Below, piece by piece: positions 1 through 10,760 of a stretch of DNA of 64,000 bases. The notes beneath the pieces are model-generated. The model was not told the DNA's origin. It saw only the letters and a list, made by a program, of their open reading frames with translations, and ran no database searches. Positions within the stretch are counted from its first letter, which is position 1; the number at the start of each line of letters is the position of its first letter. The stretch is from Trueperaceae bacterium (GTDB lineage Bacteria > Deinococcota > Deinococci > Deinococcales > Trueperaceae). The stretch lies in assembly GCA_965213925.1 (NCBI GenBank), contig OZ243927.1, positions 864,001 through 928,000 on the forward strand, written 5' to 3'. The position numbers and the translations under genes are program-made.

Positions 1-1123
1 CGTTGCCTCTGACTTCGGCCAGAATCTGATGGTGTAGCGGCTCGGGGCCGTTCCAGCCGTGCTCTTGGTCCAAGTACATCTGCCAACTGTTGCTGGTGTC
101 GTGACCCGAGAGGGTGTAGAGGTGTTCGCGTCCCTCTAAGACGGCGAGTAGGTCGGAAAAATTGACGGTAATAAGGCGCTCGGTCTGATCTACCGCGTCA
201 GTGGTGAGAGGGATATGGGTGGCGATAACGACGAGCTTGTCGTTAGGGACGAAGCGCAAGTCGTTCTCGAGCCATGTGATCTGCTCCTGGGAGATGAAGC
301 CCCGGTAGCCCCCCTCGACCTCTCCTAAGTAGTCCACGTTGTCGAGCGCCACGAAGTGCACCTGTCCGTAATCGAACGAATAGTAGGTCGGGCCAAAGAC
401 GCGCTTGAAAGTATCCGTGGCGTGCTCGTCGGTGAGCGCATCGAAGTTGACGTCGTGGTTGCCCGGTAAGTTCCACCAGGGGATGCCAATCTGCGAGACT
501 AAGGCGTTATGCCGCTCATAGAGGGCGAGGTTGTCGTTCACCACGTCGCCGACGGTGAGGCCGAAGAGGGCGCTCGAGCCGATCAGTTCGGCGATGACGT
601 CGTCGCGCAGATAGCTCAACTCTTCGTCGGTGGTCGTCTGCGTGTCGGCGAAGGCGACAGCGTCGAACTGGTTTTGCACCTCAGCAGGAAGAAGCGGAAA
701 ATCGACCGGCTCTGGCAGAGAACCCGTCGGTTCTATACCGCTAAACTCCAGCTCCGGCGAGCCTTCAGGGTAGTGCAGATAGTAGAACTGGGGAAGTTGG
801 GCATCGTTGACGGGGACTTCGTAGTTGTTGGGCTTGCTGACGAAAAGGATCATATCGTCTCGAGCAGGCAATTCGTAGCGCCCTTCACCGTCCGTTTGGA
901 CGACCTCTAAGCCGTTCGAGACTGCGACACCCTCGACGCCAGGCTCACCGTCATCACGCTCGCCGTTCTGGTTCTGATCTTCAAAGACGACGCCCCGAGC
1001 AATCGCTTCACTCGCGCCGCCCGTTGTGTCACCGCCTGTAGCACCGCCAGTCGATTGAGCCTGAACGGTCGCAAGGGTTCCTAAGCTCAACATGCCTACG
1101 GTGATCCATCTCGATAAACTCAT
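1..1123 (-). CDS. Secreted calcineurin-like metallophosphoesterase (runs off the window start); paralog of 4174..5901
   Basis: Minus-strand reading MSLSRWITVGMLSLGTL... after an AGGAG RBS; motifs ADTQ, GDVVND, PGNHDVNFD, YYSFDYGQVHFVALDNV, THIP; not in the ORF track because there is no stop in the window. Confidence 0.85.
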   Translation of the reverse strand, partial: MSLSRWITVGMLSLGTLATVQAQSTGGATGGDTTGGASEAIARGVVFEDQNQNGERDDGEPGVEGVAVSNGLEVVQTDGEGRYELPARDDMILFVSKPNNYEVPVNDAQLPQFYYLHYPEGSPELEFSGIEPTGSLPEPVDFPLLPAEVQNQFDAVAFADTQTTTDEELSYLRDDVIAELIGSSALFGLTVGDVVNDNLALYERHNALVSQIGIPWWNLPGNHDVNFDALTDEHATDTFKRVFGPTYYSFDYGQVHFVALDNVDYLGEVEGGYRGFISQEQITWLENDLRFVPNDKLVVIATHIPLTTDAVDQTERLITVNFSDLLAVLEGREHLYTLSGHDTSNSWQMYLDQEHGWNGPEPLHHQILAEVRGN

Positions 1124-1143
1124 TTTAGTCTCCTTGGGCGAGG

Positions 1144-2211
1144 TCAGTTCTGAGCGCTCACTTGCACCGCTTGAAGCTCGCTCAGCCGCACGGTGTTCTG
1201 CATGATGAGGTCACCGTCCACCGCTCGAATCTCCATTGTGACCTCGGGGTCAGGCGCGTCCCAGTCGATCGTTAAGAGCCCGTAGTTGTCGAAGTAGTAG
1301 ACGCCGCCCAAGCGGTTTGCGTCGGGCGGGATGATCTCCCAGTTCTCGGTCAGCCCGCTCGAGTTGACCTCCCAGAGCGGATAGGGCGCGTTCTCGGTGC
1401 GCTTGGAGAACTGCGCCCAGTGCGTGTCGCCGGTGATGAAGAGCGTGCCGTTCGCTCCCGTTTCGCGGATGAGGTCCACCATGCGTTCGCGTTCATCGGG
1501 GAAGTTTGCCCAGGTCTCCCAACCCGTCCCGTCTTGCAAAAAGGGGATGCTCGTGCCGATGATGCGCAGCTCGGCAGGTTCGCGGAGCGTTTCTTCCAAC
1601 CACGTCCACTGCGCTTCACTGAGCATCCTTGCGTCGGGTCCGGTCGTCGCCGTGTAGGGTCCCGCGCCGACCTCTTGCCGCTGCTCGTACTCGGTGTCGC
1701 TTACCTCATTGATAGGCGAACGTGCCCAGCGCGTGTCTAAGAGGATGACCTGGACGCGCTGTCCCGCTGGTCCATACGTGTACGACGTGTAGATACCACC
1801 GTCACGGCTGCGGCGTTCGCTGTTTTCGGGCTCATTGAAGAAATCTAGGAAAATCTCTTTGGACTGCTCTTTCATAGGGTACTCGCGCCCTGCGTCGTTC
1901 TCGCCGTAGTCGTGGTCGTCCCAGGTGGCGATGACTCGGGTCTCACTCAGAAGTTGCTGGTAGCCAGGATTCTCCGAAAGCAGCGCGTACGCCTGGCGGA
2001 GTTCGGCGGGGTCTTCGGTGTCGCCGTAGACGTTGTCACCTAAAAAGACGAACACGTCGGGGTTGCTGTCAATTACCGCGTCCCAGATCGCTTGGGGGCT
2101 GGTCTGCTCGGCGCAGGAGCCGAAGGCGATGCGTGTTAGAGGGGTTTCTTGAGTGAATACTGAACCCAAGAGCAGACTTGCGACGAGCACGCTGCCGATC
2201 AACCGCTTCAC
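1144..2211 (-). CDS. phoD: Alkaline phosphatase D family protein
   Basis: [29 protein letters not shown] motifs; signal peptide; GTG start overlaps the upstream stop (GTGA). Confidence 0.85.
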   Translation of the reverse strand: MKRLIGSVLVASLLLGSVFTQETPLTRIAFGSCAEQTSPQAIWDAVIDSNPDVFVFLGDNVYGDTEDPAELRQAYALLSENPGYQQLLSETRVIATWDDHDYGENDAGREYPMKEQSKEIFLDFFNEPENSERRSRDGGIYTSYTYGPAGQRVQVILLDTRWARSPINEVSDTEYEQRQEVGAGPYTATTGPDARMLSEAQWTWLEETLREPAELRIIGTSIPFLQDGTGWETWANFPDERERMVDLIRETGANGTLFITGDTHWAQFSKRTENAPYPLWEVNSSGLTENWEIIPPDANRLGGVYYFDNYGLLTIDWDAPDPEVTMEIRAVDGDLIMQNTVRLSELQAVQVSAQN

Positions 2212-3032
2212 TGTTGCCCCCGCGAGCGCAAGAAAGCTTCTAAGCCTGCCAAATCGTCTGTGTTGATGTGATCCACGCCGACCTCGTTCAAGACGCGCCA
2301 TACCGCCTCACGTGCCGGGCCGGGCTCGTCCGGCGAAGCCCAAAACCGCACCGTCTGACCGTTTTCATGCGCGGTGCTGACGATGCGCTCCAGCTCCCGG
2401 CGTTCAGAAGCGGGCATCTCACCCTCACCCGTCCAAGTAAAGACGTTCGTCCAGTTGTCGCTGATGAGCGGAATGAAGCTGGCGGGCGTGTCCGAGCCCA
2501 AGTCCTCCATGCGTCCGTCATAGCCCGCGTAGCGTATCTCTTGCGCTTGCATCAGCTCGCGTGGGCGGTTGCCGGAGATAATGGCGGTGACAGGACCTTG
2601 TTGAGCACCGTTCTCACCATAAGCTGTGAGGATATCTTCGTAAGACGCCAGTACCTCGTGAAGCGCTCTGTAGGTCGCCTCCTCGTCCGTCTTAATATCG
2701 ATAAGGAGCGTCAGCGACTCATCGCTACCTTCGTAGACCGAGCCGCTATTCTGCTCGATACGCGCCCGCAGCGGGTCCAGGTAGAGCGATTCTAAAGTCC
2801 TTCCCAAGCGCAACTCGTGTGCGTCGTGCCCGACAAACAGTTCGCCGAACACGAGAAAGATATCGGCCTCCACGCTAGTGAAGCCGTAGCTGAGCGCGTC
2901 ATAGAGCGGGCGCTCATGCTCGTAGTCGTTGTGGGCGTGCGCTTGCTCTAAAGGCACAACAGACTGGGCAACAGCGAGGGGAACGGTGAAGAGTAGAAGA
3001 GCTGCTGCGAGGTGAAAAGCTTGGCGCATCAT
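2208..3032 (-). CDS. PI-PLC/glycerophosphodiester phosphodiesterase-like secreted protein
   Basis: [33 protein letters not shown] motifs; signal peptide; GGAGG RBS. Confidence 0.75.
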   Translation of the reverse strand: MMRQAFHLAAALLLFTVPLAVAQSVVPLEQAHAHNDYEHERPLYDALSYGFTSVEADIFLVFGELFVGHDAHELRLGRTLESLYLDPLRARIEQNSGSVYEGSDESLTLLIDIKTDEEATYRALHEVLASYEDILTAYGENGAQQGPVTAIISGNRPRELMQAQEIRYAGYDGRMEDLGSDTPASFIPLISDNWTNVFTWTGEGEMPASERRELERIVSTAHENGQTVRFWASPDEPGPAREAVWRVLNEVGVDHINTDDLAGLEAFLRSRGQQ

Positions 3033-3149
3033 GCAACCTCCCGTGTGGTGCTTGTTGAGGGTTGCCCAGGGCATCTTTCTTTATAGACGCTCGAGGTCAG
3101 CGCAAGGTCAGCGGTTAAATAAGGGATTTAGCCCATACAGAAGTAGCGC

Positions 3150-3181
3150 TTCTGCGTGAGACGCGCGCGTCTGTTGCAGAA
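3150..3181. repeat. 32-bp candidate recombination site A
   Basis: TTCTGCGTGAGAC-GCGCGC-GTCTGTTGCAGAA, intergenic. Confidence 0.8.
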
Positions 3182-3223
3182 GCCCTGTTAAGTCTCGTCT
3201 ATAGATAGACGCATATAATACAG

Positions 3224-3914
3224 GAGGGTGATCGGGTATTCAGTGAGTTTTAAGGAAGAAAGGGTACTGGTGGGATGTGATAGACTACCAGTACCTGCTA
3301 GAAAGCATACCCGTTGAATTAGATGAAGTCGTTAGCAACATCAAGGTGTCCGAGACCCGAGCCGGTCCCGGTCAACCGCGCAGCTACAGCAATAGCTCGC
3401 TGATTCGCTTTCATGTTTACCGCTTTGCCAAAGGCGGGTGGTCGGTTAGGCAGATGCAGCGTGAACTGAGGCGGCAGCCCGCGCTGCTGTCACTTAGGAC
3501 GCGAACTTCTCAAGCGCTTACCTAAAGCGAGAGGCGTTGCTTTAGCTGACGCTGCTTATGACGCAGCGGCCAACTTCCGCACCGCTCTGGCACGAGGTTA
3601 CCATCTACTCACCTCGACCAACCCACGCCGGGGTGAGACACAAGCAGCACCCAGGCAGCTCAACCAGCAAACTAGGCGACGCCTTGAGATGAAAGCTCTA
3701 CTCAAGAAACGACTCGGCATCGGGCGCGTCTTCAGCGTCTGTAAAGAGATTTTAGGCCTTGCAAAAGTGCGCGTCCAGGGCTTCGCCGCTGTTAAGCGTC
3801 ACGCGCTCGCAGCAGTGACTACCTTTAGTGTCTTAGCTCAAGCGCTTACACAAAGAGGTCGCTCCATGCTCGAGATTGCCCAGGTCGCCGCCTGATGAAT
3901 AACCGATCACCCTC
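3224..3914 (+). mobile_element. Internally deleted IS remnant (DDE transposase fragments 3277..3525 and 3689..3895)
   Basis: 19-bp terminal inverted repeats GAGGGTGATCGGGTATTCA (3224-3242) and TGAATAACCGATCACCCTC (3896-3914), 1 mismatch; transposase-like C-terminus KKRLGIGRVFSVCKEILGLAKVRVQG. Confidence 0.75.
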
Positions 3915-4173
3915 ATCAAAACAAATAGCGTTGCCCTCGCACGGCTCAGCGGCCCGCGCTACACCAAAGTTTCAACCCTCTTCACTCACAACCTGACAAA
4001 ACTGTGAAGCCTCTCCGTTAAGTTGACAGCAGGTTACAGCGACTTCTCCTAACATCACGCCACCCTCTGCGCGCTCCGACATCCGTTTCGCGTGGCTCAC
4101 GTTGTCTCGTTCTTCTACTTGTGTCTCGAGCAGGCCGCTGCCAACCCAAATTCAGCACGGCGGAGGTCAACAT

Positions 4174-5901
4174 ATGCGGCGAGTAGGGGTTCTTATCTGT
4201 TTAGCGCTCTTCTGGGGCGCAGCGGCCCAGGACACGGACGGTGACGAAACGGGCGGCAACGTGACAGGCGGCGCAATGAACTCGGGCGGCGATACCTTTA
4301 CGGGCATCGTCTTTGAAGATACCAACGAGAACGGCGCGCGCGACGAGGGCGAGGCGGGCGTCTCGGGCGTGTCGGTCTCGAATGGCGTCCAGGTCATGCA
4401 GACCGGCGAAGACGGTGCGTACGAGTTGCCCATGCGTGAACGTATGATCGTTACCGTGAGCAAGCCGCAGGGCTACATGGTTCCAGTAGACGACAATAAG
4501 GTGCCACAGTTTTTCTATATCCATCAGCCTGAAGGCTCACCCGAAGTCATCCAGGAGTACCGGGGCTTGGAGCCGACCGGCCCGCTGCCTGAATCCGTGG
4601 ACTTCCCCCTCCTCCAAGCCGACGAGCCTGACGCCTTCCGCTTCGTCGTGCTCGGCGACACACAGGTCACGACCCAGGAAGAGCTGACCTGGATGCGCGA
4701 CACGGCCATCGCGGAACTCGGCAGCAGCGAAGCCCTTTTCGGCGTCGCGGTGGGCGACCTCGTCAACGACCCCTTAGGCCTCTACCCGCGCTACCAAGAG
4801 GTGATGGGCGGGTTGCCGTTTCCGGTCTTCTACCTACCGGGCAACCACGACCTCAACTTCGACTCGCCCGACGACCAATATCACTTGGAAACCTACAAGC
4901 GTTACTTCGGCGCGCCGTACTACTCCTTCGACTACGGACAGATGCACTTCGTGGTGTTCGACAACGTGCGCTACAACGTGGACGAGGGCTTCGAGGGAAC
5001 CTACAACGGGCGCATCAGCGACGAGCAGCTCGAGTGGTTCCGCAACGACCTTCAGTTTGTGGACCCCGATAAGCTCATCGTCTTAGGGATGCACATCGCG
5101 CTCACGAACTACGTGGACCGCGACGCCGAAAAGCACCAGGAGACGAACCGCCAAGAGGTCTACCGCATCTTGGAAGAGGGCGGCTTCGAGAACGTGATTT
5201 CGCTGGCTGGGCACTCCCACACCGTCGAGCGCTTCCGCGAGGGCGAGACGTACGACCCCGGCATGGTGACGAACGACGACGGCGAAGAGGTCGAGTCGTT
5301 CGGCTGGGGTACGGTGCCCTTCCCTCAGTTCGTGGCGGGTGCGGTCTGCGGCTCGTGGTGGAGCGGCACCGAAGACGAGTTCGGCATCCCGACGAGCTAC
5401 CAGCGCTGCGGCGCGCCTAAAGGCTACATGGTCTTCGACGTGGAGGGCAACCAGTTCAGCGAACATTGGAAGGTCTCGGGCTCGGACGACGCCATGCACA
5501 TCAGCTTCGACTTCCCGCAAACCGGCTTCAGCGCAGATGGCGGGACACTCAGCGACATGGGCATCATCACGACGGGCGAGCTAGATAACGTCACCGTCGT
5601 CGCCAACGTCTACGCGGGCAGCCGCGACACGCAAGTCGAGATGAGCATCGGCGGCGAGACAATGGAGATGACCTGGAACCAGGACCAGCGCGACCCGCTC
5701 GCCATCAGTTTCCAGCCGCAGGACATGGACTGGCGCTTGACGACGGCGGGCAAGTCATATCACATCTACACGGCCACGCTGCCCGACAACCTAGAGCCGG
5801 GCGTCCACACCATCACGGTGCGCGCGACCGACCCCTACGGTCAGGAGTTTGTGGGCACGAAGGTCTTCGATGTGTGGGCGGACTCGAGCGCCAGCCGCTA
5901 G
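4174..5901 (+). CDS. Secreted calcineurin-like metallophosphoesterase with accessory N- and C-terminal domains
   Basis: GDTQ, GDLVND, GNHD, GHSH, GAVCGSWW motifs; GGAGG RBS; signal peptide. Confidence 0.85.
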   Translation: MRRVGVLICLALFWGAAAQDTDGDETGGNVTGGAMNSGGDTFTGIVFEDTNENGARDEGEAGVSGVSVSNGVQVMQTGEDGAYELPMRERMIVTVSKPQGYMVPVDDNKVPQFFYIHQPEGSPEVIQEYRGLEPTGPLPESVDFPLLQADEPDAFRFVVLGDTQVTTQEELTWMRDTAIAELGSSEALFGVAVGDLVNDPLGLYPRYQEVMGGLPFPVFYLPGNHDLNFDSPDDQYHLETYKRYFGAPYYSFDYGQMHFVVFDNVRYNVDEGFEGTYNGRISDEQLEWFRNDLQFVDPDKLIVLGMHIALTNYVDRDAEKHQETNRQEVYRILEEGGFENVISLAGHSHTVERFREGETYDPGMVTNDDGEEVESFGWGTVPFPQFVAGAVCGSWWSGTEDEFGIPTSYQRCGAPKGYMVFDVEGNQFSEHWKVSGSDDAMHISFDFPQTGFSADGGTLSDMGIITTGELDNVTVVANVYAGSRDTQVEMSIGGETMEMTWNQDQRDPLAISFQPQDMDWRLTTAGKSYHIYTATLPDNLEPGVHTITVRATDPYGQEFVGTKVFDVWADSSASR

Positions 5902-5914
5902 GTTTTCATGTGTC

Positions 5915-6009
5915 GTAAGGGCGGATTTCAAACCAGTCCCTGCGCTGCACAATCCCTCACCCATATAGCCCGCACCGCTCGGTAGGGGCGCTTCATGAAT
6001 CGCCCCTAC
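5915..6009. repeat. Pair of GTAG-type REP-like hairpins
   Basis: GTAAGGGCGGATTTCAAACCAGTCCCTGC (5915-5943) and GTAGGGGCGCTTCATGAATCGCCCCTAC (5982-6009). Confidence 0.6.
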
Positions 6010-6049
6010 GCCGCACATCTCTTCTATATTTATCTCGAGGTGACTCCCT

Positions 6050-7063
6050 ATGACGTACACGAAATGCTTGCCAATTCTATGTCTTTTCTTCTTCGCTTTC
6101 ACCACCCACGCCCACGACGAACACGGACCTACTCGCGTAGTCGCGCCCGCCTCGGCGGACTACCTACTCTCGCTGCCCTCGAGTTGGTACGACTCGCGCC
6201 GCTTCGACCAGCCCTTGCCCGACGAGGGCGATAAGCTCTACATCGCCGAGACCGAGGTGATGTTCGAGGCGTGGCGGCGCGGCGAGGTGCTGGGGCCGGT
6301 ATTACAGGTGCTGAGTTCGCCTGCTCCTGAAGGGGAGGAAGATGAGGTACTGCGTCAAGGTCTCGGCCTGCCGATAGCGGAGAAGCAAATTAAGCCTCAC
6401 ACCGTGAACGGCTACCCGGCACTGAGCGCTCGCGGCTTCCCCTACCGCGGCGCACCCGAAACCGGCCTCACCGTACTTCTCGCTGGAGGCACGCTCTACC
6501 ACTTCCTCTACGCTGCCGACCGTCCCGCGCACCTTCACGAGGTCGAGGAAATTGTGGATAGCTTTGCGCTCCAAGCTGACGCCGCCGAGCGTGACGAGGT
6601 GCAGATTGCCGCCTCGAGCGACCTATCCGGCCTCATCGGCAAGCCTGCCCCGGACTTCGAAGCAGCAGTCATGGGTACAGACCTCCAAGAGCGCGTGACC
6701 CTGAGCGACCTGCGCGGCAAGACCGTCGTGCTGACCTTCTGGGCGACGATGTGCTTTAGCTGCCAATTAGAACTGCCTATGCTCGCACGCGCCGCCGCCG
6801 AGCGTGGCGACGTGGAGGTCTACGCCATCAACTGGCGCGAGGCCCCCGGCGTCATCCGGCAGTTCACGGACCAGCTCGAGACCTCGCCCACCGTCCTCTT
6901 AGACCGCGCCGGGCTCATTACCGACCGCTACGGCGTGAGCGTCCTACCCGCCACGCTGATTATCGACTCGCAGGGCATTGTGCGGGCTGCGCCGCAGTTC
7001 AAGATGGAGACGACCTTGGAAGAGGTGAAGGGGTGGCTCGAGGTTGCCACGGCGTCCAACTGA
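6050..7063 (+). CDS. Secreted TlpA/ResA-family redoxin with an extra N-terminal domain
   Basis: GKPAPDF...LSDLRGKTVVLTFWATMCFSCQLELP (CxxC); signal peptide. Confidence 0.8.
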   Translation: MTYTKCLPILCLFFFAFTTHAHDEHGPTRVVAPASADYLLSLPSSWYDSRRFDQPLPDEGDKLYIAETEVMFEAWRRGEVLGPVLQVLSSPAPEGEEDEVLRQGLGLPIAEKQIKPHTVNGYPALSARGFPYRGAPETGLTVLLAGGTLYHFLYAADRPAHLHEVEEIVDSFALQADAAERDEVQIAASSDLSGLIGKPAPDFEAAVMGTDLQERVTLSDLRGKTVVLTFWATMCFSCQLELPMLARAAAERGDVEVYAINWREAPGVIRQFTDQLETSPTVLLDRAGLITDRYGVSVLPATLIIDSQGIVRAAPQFKMETTLEEVKGWLEVATASN

Positions 7064-7099
7064 GCTTCAAGTATCGCTCGTAGCGTTCTGTGGCAGACA

Positions 7100-7600
7100 T
7101 TAGATCGGCCCCGGTCCGACCGCGCAGTCGTAGGTTAAAAGCACGCCGCCCTGTTGCACGCCCGTCTCGGCGCCCGCGAAGAGCAGTTTGTTTCCCCAGT
7201 AGGACTTTTGGAACGCCGCACGACCGTACACAGGGTGTCGAGTGAGCGCCGCGCGGTCCGCAGGCGCGCTGCTCTGTTCGTCCCGCCACCACATATAGTC
7301 GAAGTAGACGAGATGGTCATGCGGCGGGCTGCCGTAGAGCCTGGTCAGCTGGGCGAGGACGGCTTCTTCGCGCTGGCCGGGCTCACCTGAACTTTGGGAC
7401 GACGCGAAGAATCCCTTGATAGCGCCGACCCGCGCGCCGTCTGGGCTAACGTCGTGCAGCTCGCCCAACGGACCCCTATAGCTCACAGCGAAGCCGGGCA
7501 ACCCCTCGTCGCGCCAGAAGGGTCTCTCGAAAACGACGACGGCTTTCGCCGAGCCGCCCATCCAGGTCGGCGTCGCGCGCTGAGCGCTCTGCAGCGCGTC
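7100..7600 (-). pseudogene. Flavin monoamine oxidase C-terminal fragment
   Basis: WMGGSAKAVVVFERPFWRDEGL...GPLGELHD...LLFAGAET; FAD-binding N-terminus missing; boundaries approximate. Confidence 0.7.
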
Positions 7601-7769
7601 AGGGAGATAGAGTTAGAGTTGCCCTTTACGGTCTCGAGTATCTCCGTCCCCTAACGCGCCTCTTCTTGGTGCATCCGGTTAATCTCGCGCACGCTTCGGA
7701 AGTGGCTTTCCGTATTGCCAGCGCAAACCACTGAGAAAACACCTTGCAGCGGACTTAAAAGATGCACCA

Positions 7770-7801
7770 TTCTGCAGGAGACGCGCGCGTTCGCCGCAGA
7801 G
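7770..7801. repeat. 32-bp candidate recombination site B
   Basis: TTCTGCAGGAGAC-GCGCGC-GTTCGCCGCAGAG. Confidence 0.8.
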
Positions 7802-7863
7802 GACCTCGGTTAGAAGGAGGTCTCGAAATACATGACAAAAGCTCCACTCGGGTTGCCGTAACA

Positions 7864-7881
7864 CATTGATGTGCATCAATG
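7864..7881. promoter_or_regulatory. Probable ArsR operator
   Basis: Palindrome CATTGATG-TG-CATCAATG just upstream of arsR. Confidence 0.6.
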
Positions 7882-7895
7882 GATATACTGCGTTC

Positions 7896-8219
7896 ATGAA
7901 CCACCAGGAGATGGTTAACAAGCTCAAGGCGCTCGCCGATCCGAGCCGCCTCGCCATTCTCGAGTTTCTGCTCCACCCTATCCAGAGCTGCTGTAGCCGC
8001 GAAGAGGGCATCTGCGCCTGCGACCTGGAAGACTTTCTCGGTCTCACCCAGCCGACGGTGAGCCACCACATGAAGCTGCTCATTCAAGCAGGCTTCATCA
8101 CGGCAGAGAAGCGCGGGCGCTGGGTGTACTACGACCTGGTTCCTGAAACTTTCGAAGCGGTGCGGGCTGCGCTGGCAGCGTTTGCAGCGTGCCAAGTGAC
8201 AACTAAGGCGGACGTGTAG
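7896..8219 (+). CDS. arsR: ArsR/SmtB metalloregulator
   Basis: KALADPSRLAIL, CC...ICACDL, TQPTVSHHMKLL, EKRGRWVYY. Confidence 0.9.
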   Translation: MNHQEMVNKLKALADPSRLAILEFLLHPIQSCCSREEGICACDLEDFLGLTQPTVSHHMKLLIQAGFITAEKRGRWVYYDLVPETFEAVRAALAAFAACQVTTKADV

Positions 8220-8680
8220 TGCGCCTACTCGTACTTTGCACCCACAACTCCGCCCGCTCGCAAATGGCGGAAGGGTGGCTGAGGTACCACGCGCGAGAAG
8301 CCGGGTTGAACGCCGAGGTCCTTTCCGCTGGCACCGAGCAAACGAGGGTCAAGCCGGACGCGGTCACCGTCATGCGGGAGGTGGGCATCGACGTTTCAGG
8401 TCACACCTCTAAAACGCTCTTCGACCTCCCCGACCCCTGGACCTTCGACGTAGTTGTCACAGTTTGCGACAGCGCGAACGAGGCGTGTCCCAGCTATCCC
8501 GCCGAAACGACGCGCCTTCATGTCGCCTTCCCCGACCCCTCCGATCAACCGCTTGAGAGGTGGCGTGAGGTTAGAGACCTGCTTGGCGAAATGAGCGAGC
8601 AGCTTATCCGAGTTTTGAAAAGAGGCGAGGCACCGACTGAGGAACTTATCCGCCCGAAAACGCTCAACACGCTTCCATGA
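8219..8680 (+). CDS. arsC: Arsenate reductase, LMW-PTP fold
   Basis: LCTHNSARSQMAEG, SAGTE, VVTVCD, FPDP; located in an arsR operon. Confidence 0.85.
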   Translation: MRLLVLCTHNSARSQMAEGWLRYHAREAGLNAEVLSAGTEQTRVKPDAVTVMREVGIDVSGHTSKTLFDLPDPWTFDVVVTVCDSANEACPSYPAETTRLHVAFPDPSDQPLERWREVRDLLGEMSEQLIRVLKRGEAPTEELIRPKTLNTLP

Positions 8681-9393
8681 GAATCTGGCTCGCTGAGTTC
8701 ATCGGCACCTTCGCGTTGGTATTCGTCGGTATTGGCACGATTGCTTCAGGGATCAGTCCAGTTGGCGTCGCGCTCGCCTTCGGCTTCGTCGTAGCAGTGA
8801 TGATCTCGGCGGTCGGTCCCATCTCGGCGGCGCATTTCAACCCGGCGGTCACAGTTGGCTTTTTCGTCATGCGGCGTATCACCTTGCCGCAGCTCTTCCT
8901 CTACTGGAGCGCTGAACTCTCCGGTGCGGTCATTGCCATGCTGACGCTAAACGCTTGGTACGGCGAGGAGCGCCTTAGTTCGGTCCGTTTCGGCACGACC
9001 CAACTTGCTCCTACTGTCACACCGTGGATCGGTATCGGCGTCGAGGCGGTCCTGACCTTCTTTTTGATGTTTGTCATCGCCACCATCGTTATTCAAAAAC
9101 ACGCGCTCGATGGTCTCTACATCGGGCTCACTGTAGCGTTAGGGGCTCTGGCAGGCGGAGCGTTGACGGGGGCGTCGATGAACCCGGCACGCAGCTTCGG
9201 ACCCGCACTCATTGGCAACGTCTGGACCTTGCACTGGGTCTACTGGCTCGGACCACTGCTCGGTGCGGTCGCCGCGTCGCTCACGGCGCAGTATCTCTGG
9301 CAGGCGGACGACGACCCGTTTAAGCAGGGCGAGCCCGAGCGAAGTGCGCAGGCGCGTAAGCATATCCTAGAGAAAGGAGCCAAGGAGGGATGA
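8677..9393 (+). CDS. MIP-family aquaporin/aquaglyceroporin (probable arsenite channel)
   Basis: AEFIGTF, HFNPAVT, SMNPARSFGPA; translationally coupled to arsC. Confidence 0.9.
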   Translation: MRIWLAEFIGTFALVFVGIGTIASGISPVGVALAFGFVVAVMISAVGPISAAHFNPAVTVGFFVMRRITLPQLFLYWSAELSGAVIAMLTLNAWYGEERLSSVRFGTTQLAPTVTPWIGIGVEAVLTFFLMFVIATIVIQKHALDGLYIGLTVALGALAGGALTGASMNPARSFGPALIGNVWTLHWVYWLGPLLGAVAASLTAQYLWQADDDPFKQGEPERSAQARKHILEKGAKEG

Positions 9394-10760
9394 AGCTACT
9401 CATCATCGGCGGCAGCGACGCGGGCATCAGCGCCGCGCTCCGTGCCCAAGAGGTCAACCCGGGCGCGGAGGTGACGGTCGCGTTGGCGGACTACTACCCT
9501 AACTACAGCATCTGCGGCATCCCCTTTTGGCTCGGCGGCGAGGTCGCGGACTATCACGACCTGGCACACCGGACGAAAGAGGACATCGAGGCGAAGGGAA
9601 TTGAGCTGTTGGTAGGGCACACTGCCACCTATGTTTACTCCGAAGCCCATCAAGTTGAAGTGCGCACGGATGAAGAGATCAAAACGCTCGAGTACGACGC
9701 GCTCATTCTCGGTACAGGTGCGAAGCCGATGGAACCGCCCATTAGAGGGTTAGATTTGCCGGGTGTCTACCTCTTGAGAACAATGGGGGACAGCTTCAAG
9801 ATTCATGCGCACTTGATGGAGAAGCAACCTAAACGCGCTGTGATCGTCGGCGCGGGTTACATCGGGCTGGAGATGGCGGAGGCGTTTCGGCACCGGAGGT
9901 TAGAAACGAGCTTGGTCGAGCTGACCAAAAGTGTGATGCCGAGTATCGACGCGGAGCTTGGGAAGGTGCTGGAGCAGACCCTTACTGAAAATGGTGTTGA
10001 GGTGAGCATTAACACAGCGGTCGAGCGGATCGAGCAGGCGGGTGATGCTCTTTTAGTGATAGGTTCGGACGGTTTGCGGCTCGAGACAGATTTGGTTGTG
10101 GTCGCTACGGGCGTCGTTCCAAATACGACCTTAGCTGAAACAGCGGGCGTCTTACTTGGCGTCAGTAACGCCCTCAATGTCAACGAGAAGATGAAGACGA
10201 ACGTAGAGGGCATCTACGCGGCGGGCGACTGCGTGCAGACCTATCACCGCTTATTTGAGCGCTACACCTACACACCTCTTGGCACAACGGCGCATAAGCA
10301 GGGCTATGTAGCCGGGGAGAATGCAGTAGGAGGCGACGCCACCTTTGCGGGCTCGCTCGGAACGCAAACCGTCAAGCTCTTTGACCTTGTGGTCGCCCGC
10401 ACAGGATTGCGCGATGCCGAAGCGAGAGAAGCAGGCTTCGACCCGCTCACCGTCAGCCTCACCGCAGACGACCACAAAGCCTACTACCCTGATGCGACGC
10501 CCTTGCACCTTCGTTTAACCGGAGACCGGACGAGCGGTACCCTCTTAGGTCTTCAGATGGTTGGGCACCGCTCGGCGGAGGTGAGTAAGCGCGTGGATAT
10601 AGTCGCCACCGCGCTTTACCACGGGATGACCGTGAAGTGCCTTCTAGACCTCGACCTCTCCTATGCACCACCACTAAGCAGCCCCTGGGACCCCGTGCAG
10701 ATAATAGCGCGGGCGTGGGAACGCGCCGCGGCGAAGGGACAAGTGGTGGTAGTCACCTAA
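9390..10760 (+). CDS. CoA-disulfide reductase-like FAD-dependent pyridine nucleotide-disulfide oxidoreductase
   Basis: IIGGSDAG, NYSICGIP, GAGYIGLE, YAAGDC, DLSYAPP. Confidence 0.85.
   Translation: MKLLIIGGSDAGISAALRAQEVNPGAEVTVALADYYPNYSICGIPFWLGGEVADYHDLAHRTKEDIEAKGIELLVGHTATYVYSEAHQVEVRTDEEIKTLEYDALILGTGAKPMEPPIRGLDLPGVYLLRTMGDSFKIHAHLMEKQPKRAVIVGAGYIGLEMAEAFRHRRLETSLVELTKSVMPSIDAELGKVLEQTLTENGVEVSINTAVERIEQAGDALLVIGSDGLRLETDLVVVATGVVPNTTLAETAGVLLGVSNALNVNEKMKTNVEGIYAAGDCVQTYHRLFERYTYTPLGTTAHKQGYVAGENAVGGDATFAGSLGTQTVKLFDLVVARTGLRDAEAREAGFDPLTVSLTADDHKAYYPDATPLHLRLTGDRTSGTLLGLQMVGHRSAEVSKRVDIVATALYHGMTVKCLLDLDLSYAPPLSSPWDPVQIIARAWERAAAKGQVVVVT

Noticed and set aside
243..910. ORF-track calls 243..476 and 509..910
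   Set aside because: Alternate frames of the real minus-strand phosphoesterase (1..1123).
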